From: Nemertoderma westbladi
Lineage: Eukaryota; Animalia; Xenacoelomorpha
Assembly: GCA_032718475.1 (NCBI GenBank)
Contig: JAUCBJ010006819.1
Coordinates: 1 to 64,000, forward strand
Length of the DNA stretch: 64,000 nt
Direction of reading: 5' to 3'
In this document: positions 48,040 to 60,619 of the stretch, piece by piece
How the letters are laid out: each line of letters begins with the position of its first letter
How positions within the stretch are numbered: the stretch's first letter is position 1
The notes under the pieces: generated by a model
What the model saw: only the letters and a program-made list of their open reading frames with translations
What the model was told of the DNA's origin: nothing
Database searches by the model: none
Made by a program: the position numbers and the translations under genes

Positions 48040-49751
48040 TTAATAATTATTAATGCAGTATATATAGCTTGTCAGTCAGTTGATTTCTGCAACATAAATA
48101 AGCCACGCCACCTACTGATAGAAAGATAACAAGTGCTGGTTAAAGAAATGCTAGTGCTGGATATTCCCGTAAGGAGTCGCCTTTGCCTAACACCCTCAGA
48201 TGAAATTACACTGGTGGAAGCTACTGTAGCTATCTGATTGGCGATGCCTATATGGATAATTCAATTTAATAGGGCTTGACAGTAAATGGCTTATACTAAG
48301 GCAGTCAGAGGAGATAACAAATGGCCCTCCTTGTTCGCTCAGTTACCTACAATAATTATCAAGGCAGTATGGGCTGATGTTAAAGCTTTCTGTTACAAGC
48401 TATTGTATTGTACTCTCTTGGCAATGTTCCAATATAGACTAACAGTAACTGGGTCGACTGCAGGGAAGTTAATTCGATATATTGGCAGTTCCGAGTAACT
48501 TGTATGCCTGTAATGAATGATATAGACAAGTTATATTGATGCCGTATGTCTATGAAATAAATGTGACCAAATTGCTTTGGTATATAGATTATTCTTATAT
48601 TCCTGCAATATAAATTAATCTACTACAGAATGATAATGCAATAGAACGTACCTAATGATAATGCGTACTTAATATACAAAGAAAATTATTACAAATCAAA
48701 ATATTACAAATCAATGGATAGGACAATTTAACGGGTTAGATTTATCAGGGGAGTAAATTTATGTTTATAGCTGGAATTTAATTCCAACTATTTTGGGACT
48801 TCGGATTTTGCTTTCAACAATATTTATCATCTGTCGCACACAATTCCACTGTCAGGTTACGAACACACATAGACTTATGGTACGCCGAGACCTGCATAGA
48901 TTTACAACGTCGAGTCTGACACGTGGAAGTTTCCCCAGCCTCCGAAACCGAACAGCGTCAAGGGAGAAACTCTTTAATTGCATACAATTTTCAAGCAAAC
49001 ACTGCTGTCCACAGGAATAAATTTTGCTTAGCCTTACCCGCTGGTAAGCAAAATTTAATAACTTGATATCAGGAACTCGTGCTTACAATAAGAAATACGT
49101 CTGCTCAGTTACCCAACGATCATCGATACCCTATTCGCACGTAGCTAGGAATCTTACTGTCGATCTGCCGCTGAACGCAATACAACTGAGCGTTCAAATC
49201 CCTTACCGTACTCACTATACCGAACACCAACAGGATTGATATGGGACCAATTAATCCAGTTTTCATGCAGTCAAGACGGGAACAGCACAAACACATTCAG
49301 TCACCTGAAATCACACTCACAAATAAGCAATTCACAATCGAAACACAAACAACACAGTACAGAAAAATTTCTTCAAATACCTCTCCCAGAATATTTAGAT
49401 AGATACTCGATTTACTATTAAGACGAGATTGACACCAAGCGAGATATAATTACGCAAGGGACGTCCGGGACGTCCTATCAAAAAGGTGGGGGACACGCAG
49501 TTCGTTAGCCGCTTGAAATATTTGAGTGCAGAATCTACACTGAACTATTGAATGCTACAACAATAAATGTACATACTGTAAATGTAAACATTCAGGTAAA
49601 TAAATTTTTACAACTCCTATTCTATACACAGTAAATCTATTTATAACACCGACAGTTGTAAACCTAAAATATTCTATTCAGGGTGCGCAGTCCTAAATAG
49701 CCTACTCTAGAATTACAGATAAGGACAATGCAACAATAAATGCGAGGAGAA

Positions 49752-49871
49752 AAATTCACCAGGTGGATAATATTCACTGGCGAAATCTTCACTGAGTTAA
49801 ATATTCACTGGTGAAATCTTCAGTGGGGAAATATTCACTGGTGAAATCTTCAGTGGGGTAATATTCACTGT
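49752..49871. repeat. 30-bp minisatellite, about 4 copies
   Basis: aatattcactggtgaaatcttcagtgggg repeated. Confidence 0.85.
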
Positions 49872-50686
49872 TAGCGCTACAATTCAATTTTGCAAATAAT
49901 GAGCCTAAACTTACGACCAGCTGTATATACAAGAAACGGGCGCTAGTAACCGTTACTTGTACTCGTAGAATAATTTATTGTTGCATATAAAACTGGCGTT
50001 ACTATAAACAGATTTGAAACCCCGTATAAATAGTTCCTTTAAGTTGTGTGTCTGGGCTGCTTACGTCTTTATGTCTAACTGAAAACTGTATTCATTCGAG
50101 ACTTATGGAAGTCGGATTTATGAAACTGACAATCCGAGATACCGATGTCACAGGAATTAATTTTGTGCACGTATTAAAATATGTTAGTTTGCTATTAATA
50201 TTAGGCGTCATATGACAATACTGTAACACACACCCCAATGCGATGAGTTGCAATACCGTACAGTCTATAGACCACCAACCTCAATGTTATTGTGCTACCA
50301 ACGTTAATCAACAACAGAATGACTTGAATCCATTCTCTTTATCTTTATCGATAACATAATAATAACATAAATCGCAATAATTCAACTGATATAACAAATT
50401 AATTAATAGACAAACAATAAATCGACATAATACGAATCAATATCACAAATTGACATCGGCAATATCACGAATTGACGTGAATATTCCGACCCACAAATCT
50501 ACTAACAGCTAGTGAGCTATTAACTAATAAATCTTCAATAGTTAGGCTAACCAACTGATACAATGCTATACTATATATACTATATAGGCTGGGGCTGGTA
50601 AGCTGAATGCAAATGGGTATTAGCCAATCAGAGCTATTCTGCATGGCCCTTGCCGTATAACATAATAATTCCCTGGCAGAAGTAAA

Positions 50687-53600
50687 TTAACAATATGGGG
50701 CGAGCCTGCAAGGTAAATGCCATACACTAGTGGCATTAACACCGTCCTCCATCTGCTCCCTCACCACCGGCTCCAACATGACATTGCGCGGCCCAAACGC
50801 CAATGCTGCAAGGTCACCCACGGTGTCGCGCAACTCATTGTGGCGCTGGATGACGAGGCCGCCCTTCTTACAATTCAAACCATGGTTCAAATCAAAGGCG
50901 GCCCCACATCCGTCGCACCGACTGGGAACGCCGAGGAGGGGTTTCCCGTACCGAACTGCCACCGCATCGCGGAATTCTCGTGGGGAAAGGTCGTACTGGA
51001 GGTCAGCCCGGGGGAGAGAAGAGATCCAGCTGCCGGTTTTGTACTCCGCCGCACGGCGGATTGTACGGCAGCGGTGTTCGGTCAATGCCCCCATGGCCTC
51101 CTCGAACTTGGAAATCTCAGCCAGCTTCCTGGTCTCACCATCCTCCTTCCTCGCCCTCACTAAACATTCCCGATGAGCTGAGAGATCAAACTCTTCTGTT
51201 CCAGCCATCGCACCACAGAGAAATCGGGTCCCTTGGGTTGAGACGAGGTACGACGGGTTGGCCTCGGTTACCGGGTTTCGCAGACCCATACCTCCGCGTT
51301 GTGGGGACAAACTGAAGAGTTTGCGCTCGTCCGGCGTGATGGACCCTCCGAGCACGGCGGGGAGAAACCGTTCGGCGATGGCTGTTTCAAGGATGGTGAA
51401 TTCCTCTTCGCAGTCAGCGGTGACCCTCTGTATGTAGGCCCACTCGCGCTGCAGCGAGCAAACCATGGCGGAGAAGGCCGCCTGCGGCTGGGAATCTGCC
51501 ATGGTTGCCAACACGTCAGTCGCATCTACCCATGCCGCTACCTTCGCCCGGACAAATTGGCGCCGCTCTCCCGAACTCCCGAGGAACCCACCGAGAAATC
51601 GGTGTCCTGTGACCACTTTTACGGGGTGGTCATGGAACACTCTGCGGGCCTCGTCTTCATGTTCCGGGGCTACCACCAGGTAGCACTTCGACGGCTCGGG
51701 ATTGTAGCCATAGGATGGTCCAATGTTGAGCAGCCTCTCGAACCACCGCAGTAGGTCGGCGAGTTCACCCGCCCCGGCCGAGTCGTCGGCGTACCAGCTC
51801 TCGCGAACCGATGGGGACCGAAGGTGGCGGATCAATGGGAGGGCTCCGGTGGCGTACATGAGCATTGCCAGTGGGTCGCCCTGAGTTACGCCCTCCGCAC
51901 TGAATATGATGGTATCTGTCCCCTTCATCACAAGGATGCTGTGACCACGGTAGCTATTATAGAGGAATGTGGAGCAACGTGGCCACAGGCAACGAGCGTT
52001 CCACAATGCGGCCACCCGGTTGAGTGAGTTGAACGCATTCGCCGCATCCACCAATAGCACGCCCCAACCCGAGTTGGCGTTGTCCTCGAAGAGTGATGAC
52101 ATCGAGTGTATCGCCGCCTCAACTCCGGCTGAGGTCCCCGCGGACAGCTGTTCGGCGCCACACGTGATGGTGACGTCGTCCCCTGTGATCACGGCCATTG
52201 TGCGGGCCATTATCCGGCGGAGACACTCCCCGATTCCGATAGGCCGCACACCCGAACACTTATCCAGCGCTATAAGTCGGCCAGACATCAGCGCACGGAC
52301 CGACTCCCATGGGACGACAACATTCGCTAGTGTGCGGGTGAATGCAGCCACAGTGTCACGAAGTCGCTCGCTGTGGGCGCCGTAGCGGAGCAGGTAATCC
52401 CGCCAGCGCGTTGAGTCGCTGCCTGCGGGCCCACTCCCACCGTGGAGCCGCCGAGCGACATCCTCAATGTGTGCCGCAGTCACGTCGACGTCGACTTTGA
52501 GTGGCAGCTCGCTACAATGGATGGTTGAGTCCGAGTTGGGAAGAGCCGCCGCAGGGTGTTTGTCCTGTAGTACATCGAGGACCTTGACCATATGCTGACC
52601 AACCTCGATGTCCGCTTCTGGTTCCAGAACTCCTCCTGAATCTCGTCCCGTCACCCAACGGACCGCGCTCCTAACCTTGCCCTCTAGCATGAGCCTCGTG
52701 AACACTCGGACTGTGTGGCCGACATCCTTATCTGAGGGCTGAGTTCCACTGCGCCTCCCTGAAGAACGCAGAGACGAGCCACGCTCAGCCTCCTGTAACA
52801 GAGCGTCTATCTCACCGGAGCGCCACATCACCACCCTGTGGCTGATAAGGCGGCGAATATCGGCTGCCTTCACGATCTTCGGATCTCGGTGCGTGATCAG
52901 TGCATCAGCCATCATCAGTCGTTCGGAACGAGCCAAGACGTCCCCCCGACTGAATCCCACCACCAAGCTCCGGACCTCGGTGTCGAGGAGGGACACGACA
53001 TCCCTTCCAACAGAACCACCTGGAAGTCTATATCGGGATCCCTGCAGCTGGGTGACTCTGCGCCACTGGTGTAGTAGGTGGTCGGGAGGAGCCCCTCTGC
53101 CGCTAAGTGGCGCACCAAAAGCTCTTTCCATAAGACCTTCAGGGTCTACACTCTGAGGAGGAGCTGAAGCACCAGGTAGCCAGAACTGATCGAAAGTGTC
53201 CATAGGGTTGACCCTGCTTCTGTTTGGAAGGAGTGTGGAGCCGACTCCTGACTTTGGAATGGTGGCGTTCGTAGGCGGCGTTTGTTGAACGGTGGTGTTC
53301 GTTGGTGGCGTCTTTTGAAGGGTGGCATTCGAGGGAGGAGTCTGTTGAGCGGTGGCATTCGTGAGCGTTGTCTGTTTGGCAGTGGCGTCCGTGGGCGGCA
53401 TCTGTTGATCGGTTGCGTTTGTGGGCGGCGTCTTTTGAAGAGTGGCGTTTTTGGGCGGCGTCTTTTGAACGGAGGCGTTCGTGGGTGGCGTCTGTTGAAC
53501 GGTGGCGTTCGTGGCCGGCGTCTGTTGAATGGTGGCGTTTGTGGGCAGCGTCAGTTGAACAGTGGCGTTCGTGGGTGACGTCTGTTGAACGGCGGCGTTC

Positions 53601-56600
53601 GCGGGCGGCGTCTGTTGAACTGTGGCGTTCGGGGGCGTCGTCAGTTGAACGGTGGCGTTCGTGGGCGGCGTCTGTTGAACGGTGGCGTTCGTGGGTGGCA
53701 TCCGTTGAACGGTGGCGTTTGTGGGCGGCGTCTTATGAACAGTGGCGTTCATGGGCGGCGTCCGTTGAACGGTGGCGTTCGTGGGTGGCGTCTGTTGAAC
53801 GGTGGCGTTCGTGGGTGGCATCCGTTGAACGGTGGCGTTTGTGGGCGGCGTCTTATGAACAGTGGCGTTCATGGGCGGCGTCCGTTGAACGGTGGCGTTC
53901 GTGGCCGGCGTCTGTTGAACGGTGGCGTTCGTGGCCGGCGTCTGTTGAATGGTGGCGTTCGTGGGTGACGTCTTTTGAACGGTGGCGTTCGTGGGCGGCG
54001 TCAGTTGAACGGTGGCGTTCGTGGGTGACGTCTTTTGAACGGTGGCGTTCGTGGGCGGCGTCAGTTGAACGGTGGCGTTCGTGGACGGCGTCTGTTGAAC
54101 GGTGGCGTTCGTGGGTGGCGTCTTATGAACGGAGGCGTTCGTGGGTGGCGTCTGTTGAACGGTGGCGTTCGTGGCCGGCGTCTGTTGAACGGTGGCGTTC
54201 GTGGCCGGCGTCTGTTGAATGGTGGCGTTCGTGGGTGACGTCTTTTGAACGGTGGCGTTCGTGGGCGGCGTCAGTTGAACGGTGGCGTTCGTGGGCGGCG
54301 TCAGTTGAACGGTGGCGTTCGTGGGTGACGTCTTTTGAACGGTGGCGTTCGTGGCCGGCGTCTGTTGAATGGTGGCGTTCGTGGACGGCGTCTGTTGAAC
54401 GGTGGCGTTCGTGGGTGGCGTCTTATGAACGGAGGCGTTCGTGGGTAGCGTCTGTTGAACGGTGGCGTTCGTGGCCGGCGTCTGTTGAACGGTGGCGTTC
54501 GTGGCCGGCGTCTGTTGAATGGTGGCGTTCGTGGGTGACGTATTTTGAACGGTGGCGTTCGTGGGCGGCGTCAGTTGAACGGTGGCGTTCGTGGCCGACG
54601 TCTTTTGAACGGTGGCGTTCGTGGACGGCGTCTGTTGAACGGTGGCGTTCGTGGCCGGCGTCTGTTGAACGGTGGCGTTCGTGGCCGGCGTCTGTTGAAT
54701 GGTGGCGTTCGTGGGTGACGTCTTTTGAACGGTGGCGTTCGTGGGTGGCGTCTGTTGAACGGTGGCGTTCGTGGCCGACGTCTTTTGAACGGTGGCGTTC
54801 GTGGACGGCGTCTGTTGAACGGTGGCGTTCGTGGGCGGCGTCAGTTGAACGGTGGCGTTCGTGGGTGGCGTCTTATGAACGGAGGCGTTCGTGGGTGGCG
54901 TCTGTTGAACGGTGGCGTTCGTGGCCGGCGTCTGTTGAATGGTGGCGTTCGTGGGTGACGTCTTTTGAACGGTGGCGTTCGTGGGCGGCGTCAGTTGAAC
55001 GGTGGCGTTCGTGGCCGGCGTCTGTTGAATGGTGGCGTTCGTGGACGGCGTCTGTTGAACGGAGGCGTTCGTGGGTGGCGTCTTATGAACGGAGGCGTTC
55101 GTGGGTGGCGTCTGTTGAACGGTGGCGTTCGTGGCCGGCGTCTGTTGAATGGTGGCGTTCGTGGGTGACGTCTTTTGAATGGTGGCGTTCGTGGGTGACG
55201 TCTTTTGAACGGTGGCGTTCGTGGGTGGCGTCTGTTGAACGGTGGCGTTCGTGGACGGCGTCTGTTGAACGGTGGCGTTCGTGGCCGGCGTCTGTTGAAT
55301 GGTGGCGTTCGTGGGTGACGTCTTTTGAACGGTGGCGTTCGTGGGCGGCGTCAGTTGAACGGTGGCGTTCGTGGACGGCGTCTGTTGAACGGTGGCGTTC
55401 GTGGGTGGCGTCTTATGAACGGAGGCGTTCGTGGGTGGCGTCTGTCGAACGGTGGCGTTCGTGGCCGGCGTCTGTTGAATGGTGGCGTTCGTGGACGGCG
55501 TCTGTTGAACGGAGGCGTCGTGGGTGGCGTCTTATGAACGGAGGCGTTCGTGGGTGGCGTCTGTTGAACGGTGGCGTTCGTGGCCGGCGTCTGTTGAATG
55601 GTGGCGTTCGTGGGTGACGTCTTTTGAACGGTGGCGTTCGTGGGCGGCGTCAGTTGAACGGTGGCGTTCGTGGACGGCGTCTGTTGAACGGTGGCGTTCG
55701 TGGGTGGCGTCTTATGAACGGAGGCGTTCGTGGGTGGCGTCTGTTGAACGGTGGCGTTCGTGGCCGGCGTCTGTTGAATGGTGGCGTTCGTGGACGGCGT
55801 CTGTTGAACGGAGGCGTTCGTGGGTGGCGTCTTATGAACGGAGGCGTTCGTGGGTGGCGTCTGTTGAACGGTGGCGTTCGTGGCCGACGTCTTTTGAACG
55901 GTGGCGTTCGTGGGCGGCGTCAGTTGAACGGTGGCGTTCGTGGACGGCGTCTGTTGAACGGTGGCGTTCGTGGGTGGCGTCTTATGAACGGAGGCGTTCG
56001 TGGGTGGCGTCTGTTGAACGGTGGCGTTCGTGGCCGGCGTCTGTTGAACGGTGGCGTTCGTGGCCGGCGTCTGTTGAATGGTGGCGTTCGTGGGTGACGT
56101 CTTATGAACGGAGGCGTTCGTGGGTGGCGTCTGTTGAACGGTGGCGTTCGTGGCCGGCGTCTGTTGAACGGTGGCGTTCGTGGCCGGCGTCTGTTGAATG
56201 GTGGCGTTCGTGGACGGCGTCTGTTGAACGGAGGCGTTCGTGGGTGACGCCTTTTGAACGGTGGCGTTCGTGGGCGGCGTCAGTTGAACGGTGGCGTTCG
56301 TGGACGGCGTCTGTTGAACGGTGGCGTTCGTGGCCGGCGTCTGTTGAATGGTGGCGTTCGTGGGTGACGTCTTTTGAACGGTGGCGTTCGTGGGCGGCGT
56401 CAGTTGAACGGTGGCGTTCGTGGACGGCGTCTGTTGAACGGTGGCGTTCGTGGGTGGCGTCTTATGAACGGTGGCGTTCGTGGCCGGCGTCTGTTGAACG
56501 GTGGCGTTCGTGGCCGGCGTCTGTTGAATGGTGGCGTTCGTGGGTGACGTCTCTTGAACGGTGGCGTTCGTGGACGGCGTCTGTTGAACGGTGGCGTTCG

Positions 56601-56859
56601 TGGGTGGCATCCGTTGAACGGTGGCGTTCGTGGGTGGCGTCTTATGAACAGTGGCGTTCATGGGCGGCGTCCGTTGAACGGTGGCGTTCGTTGGGGACCC
56701 GTCTGTTAGCGTAACGTCCAGATCCTCCTTGAGGCTGCCGGAGGGAGAACCTGGGTAAACCGGCTGGGATAGAGACGTTGGAGATAGTGGCTTTACCTTG
56801 TCACTATCAGGCCGCGGCTGTGAAGAAAAAGAAGAAGATCTCAAACAACTCTCTAACAT
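50687..56859 (-). mobile_element. CRE-clade (RLE-type) non-LTR retrotransposon-derived ORF, truncated before the endonuclease
   Basis: LIALDKCSGVRPIGIGECLRRI, LVDAANAFNSLNR, GVTQGDPLAM, WYADD, FLGGFLG and CCHC knuckle CDGC...HGLNC...RHNELRD. Similarity stops after EPVVRE. Confidence 0.88.
53262..56692 (-). repeat. 30-bp coding minisatellite, about 114 units, encoding TPPTNATVQQ variants
   Basis: Unit tctgttgaacggtggcgttcgtgggtggcg and variants over about 3.4 kb, with a single 1-bp deletion near 55518. Confidence 0.97.
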
Positions 56860-57635
56860 AAATATTCATTTCATTGGAGGTTCTCTGGCTGAGTTTACCC
56901 GTACCTTGGCTATACTTAGGCTGAATGTGTATTAATATTACCCAGAATAAGTTCAGGTAAAATAATTCCCAGACATTGTATTTTCTATTTGAAATCTGCT
57001 CCTAAAGTAATTGAGAAGCCATTCCAAGCTAGTCAGCAGTTGAGATTGGTCTTAGTCTATATCAACCCAATTCCTGAGCTGTTATTGGAGGTCACAGACA
57101 AGACACACTAACCTTGCTGAATTACCACAACCAATAACCAATAATTACCACTGTGTGCCTGTGGGAAACAGGAATGTAGATTGGTCAATATAAAAACCTG
57201 TATTACAGTATTTCACGTTATTACTCTTGCATTTCCTGAGATTGATTTCTGCTGTTACGCTTATTATTATTTGCTTTTGAACTTTACTATTAAATCTTTA
57301 TTTATAGTAAGCAGGTAAGTATAACTGTTTAATCTAACGTATTCCGCCTTTGCCGTGCAATACTGTGAACTGTTGAGAAGGAGAAGGTACTAACTACAGT
57401 ACCATTTTCTGATTTTGTGTATTACTCACACGGATATTAAATAAAATAAGTAATAAAAATTATGATAATGCAGTAATGTTAATTTGTATAGTCATAGCTA
57501 TAGATAGACCTCTATCATCTACCATACTGCTATAGGTCGTCAATGACATACTATTTACCTCGTAAACTTAAACACAGAGCTCCGTTTATCATTTTACTAG
57601 GAATCCGACAGTAAATTTATTGTGTTATTATAGTT

Positions 57636-59822
57636 ATGGAATTTGATGATAAACAAATCCGAGAGTTCCGTGAAGCTTTCGATTATTTTGACGACCATTC
57701 TGAAGGATTTCTGGAGACCCGACATCTAAAGAAATACTTGGCCGAAATGGGTTATGAGGCTTCCGACTTGGAAGTAGCGCAAATGAAGTCGAAAGTAAGT
57801 TTGAATTTAGAGCGTACAGTAGTTGTAGAGAGCGTTAACTAGGAATATTGAAGGCAAAATTATCTAGTCAAAATATCTTGATAATAATATAGGCCTACTT
57901 GACGCAAATCCCGTCTTGGCGAATTAATATCTCGTCTCACTCAATGCTATATTACTGTATCAATTAAGGTAAAGGAGCAGTATACAGTGGGACGTTATTC
58001 TAACCAAAACAATAAACGAAAGTCAATAGAAAAGGCTACAGAGGAACGTTATTCTAACCAAAACAATAAACGAAAGTCAATAGAAAAGGCTACAGAGGAA
58101 CGTTATTCTAACCAAAATAATAAACTGAAGTCCTGACAGCCTGAAGTCAATTGAACCTTTTATAGCTTTATTTTTAGGAATAATCAGTTGGTATTTGCGT
58201 CCATTTTTTTACCGACACAGATAAAGAAAGTGGTACAATTATAACCGTTTGCTGATGGCTCACTTCACAGTTCGGAATCGCCCCCTCCCCCACCGCCCAC
58301 CTTAAATAAATAGTAAAAACAAAACAACATACAGAGTCAAAAAAAACAGAGATTTTGGAAAGTCACATCTGTAATGGTTTCTACTGTATGAGGTTCTCCG
58401 ATTTATGCCGTTATTAAATTTGAAATATTTCAAGTGCCATGAATTTTGGTGCATCTGGGATTTGACAGAATGTACACGATGTATATGCTACCCAATGGCT
58501 CGATAATATTAGAAGTAAACAATTAATAATAATATTAATAATTCATATATTTAATATAGCATCTAAGGTTAATAAGTTATAAGGCGCTTGTAAACCGTAT
58601 GCTTTATTAAACATAACAGTTTTTAGGTCGCGTTTGAGGTTTGAATTAGTTTAGGTAGGTGCATGTTCTTAGCGTAAGTGGAAGAGTTGAAGACTGTTGG
58701 AGCGGCTATTGTACGCCAGATTGTTTTAATCTGGAGTACAATAACTACGTTTTAAACTTAATCTTTTTAATAATTTTTACTTATTTTTTCCGTGAGTATA
58801 ATTACTGGAAATTTTAAAGTGTTATCTGTGCTTTTAATAGATTGCGCCTTGAACAAACTCTGATAAGGCGGCATAAATATTATACATTTTATTATTATTG
58901 CAAAGGACCGAGCGCAACGCAGACAATTTTCAAATTATAAGTAGGAACTTTGAAAGTCGACATGTATTCGGTTCGGGTAACATTATAGTTGGAAACCAAT
59001 AAATCTAGGAGATCTGGTTAGGGACTCACAGTACAGTACTGATATGATGGAGATGTGTTTCCCTGGGTACAGTTTAAATCCTGAAACCCTTTATTATTAT
59101 GAAATTTATTAATGTAGACCTACCCCTTTCGGCAAAGAAAACAACGTATTTTCTAATATATAGGATAGTTTATTTGTGCAATTATAATGGTGTTTATTTG
59201 TAGGTCGGTTTCATCTTTGATGGGAGTCTGGTTCTGGTTCCTCATTTGTTTATGTTAAAATACTATATTTATTTTCAGTTGGATACATCAAGCAAGGAGA
59301 AAATTGATTTTGATAGCTTTTTGACAATAGCGGAGAACATCTTGGGTGGGAGTAACGAGGGAATGGAAGGGGAACTAAAGAATGCCTTCAGAATGTTCGA
59401 CAAAGAGGGATCTGGTAGTATTGGTGTAGAGGTCAGTTAGAAATTTATAATAATGCAAAATCTTTCAGAAAATAAATATTACTAAATAAATATATTAACA
59501 ATGTAACTTGTGATATAATATTAATTTAAGTGCAGCGTAACTTTGTAAATAGGAATATGTGTAAGGATACAATAAAGAGGGATATAGTAAATATATCACA
59601 CTGCGTCCATGCTTATAAGATATCAGAATGACAACACGTGACAACACGTATTGTTTTGCTAATCTTATATCCCCCCATCCATTAATATAGGTATTACGAG
59701 AGATCATGTTAGCGGTTGATCCAAATATGGACAAGAAGGAACTTGATCAAATGATACGTGAAACTGATTCCGATGGATCAGGGACGGTGGATTTCGACGA
59801 ATTTCTGGAATTCATGATGTAG
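57636..59822 (+). CDS. Troponin C-like/calmodulin-like EF-hand protein, exons 57636-57794, 59279-59431, 59691-59822 (147 aa)
   Basis: All junctions are GT-AG and phase 0. Motifs [33 protein letters not shown]...[27 protein letters not shown]. Confidence 0.88.
57985..58130 (+). repeat. 57-bp tandem repeat within a dispersed repeat family
   Basis: acgttattctaaccaaaacaataaacgaaagtcaatagaaaaggctacagagga in about 2.5 copies. The same motif occurs near 15330, 27710 (rev), 37120 and 61690. Confidence 0.8.
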
Positions 59823-60013
59823 AAAATACTCATCTCAATATTTAGTTAATTATGGTTTTTTGTTGATCGTCGATAAACTCAACTTGTTATTCTCAACTCA
59901 TTGCTATTCGCTATTAGTTAGTATGGATCCACAACATCCAGCAACTCAGTTCGATCATTTTATTATTCGTGTGGTTTTTTTTGGTAACGAACCATTGGTA
60001 ACGTGATGGTCTA

Positions 60014-60200
60014 TACTGCGTAAAACCAGTCAGTGAGTTTTATGAGCATATTGTGTGACGTCATTGGAATCGTTCAATATTAATAGTTAAAATATATAAT
60101 GATGAAGTAACATATTGAAAAACATAACAATTAATTAATAGCTTTTATGCTACATTCATGTGATACGCTCATAAAAGACTAACTTGACGTTTTCGCAGTG
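60014..60200. mobile_element. Small MITE-like inverted repeat
   Basis: actgcgtaaaac...ttttatgagc is mirrored by gctcataaaa...gttttcgcagt. Confidence 0.45.
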
Positions 60201-60619
60201 TGAATAGCCAAATTATATAAAATCACATCAATATTGGAATTATATTATGAAGCTTTGTGAAACAACACTTAACCCCAATTTGTATTCCTTACGGACTGTA
60301 GTAAGTTTGTAGTTTTCAGTTTTGGAATCCGCATATCGAAATCTTTTTTATAAATGAAAATAATATGATAAAACAAAAGGTGATAATTGATATGAATGAA
60401 ACTCAGTACATTACCACCCCCCCCCCCCCCGCCCCCCTAAGTGATATTTATACATTATGTATAAAGAAATTGATTGTGGGAATCTTGCCAATCTTCCGAA
60501 ACGGACTTCAGAGATCTGTTACGTCACTATAATATAATACAAAGGTATGAAAACATAAATATTATGATATTTAAAAAGTGTTAATAAGATAAATTATAAG
60601 GTTGAAATAATTAATATAA

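Noticed and set aside
53262-56692. CRISPR-like array next to a reverse transcriptase
   Set aside because: Units are contiguous with no unique spacers, there are no cas genes, and the context is eukaryotic. It is a coding minisatellite.
53368-56714. 749-aa and 396-aa Trp/Arg-rich + strand ORFs as genes
   Set aside because: They are the antisense read-through of a 30-bp repeat and contain no unique domain.
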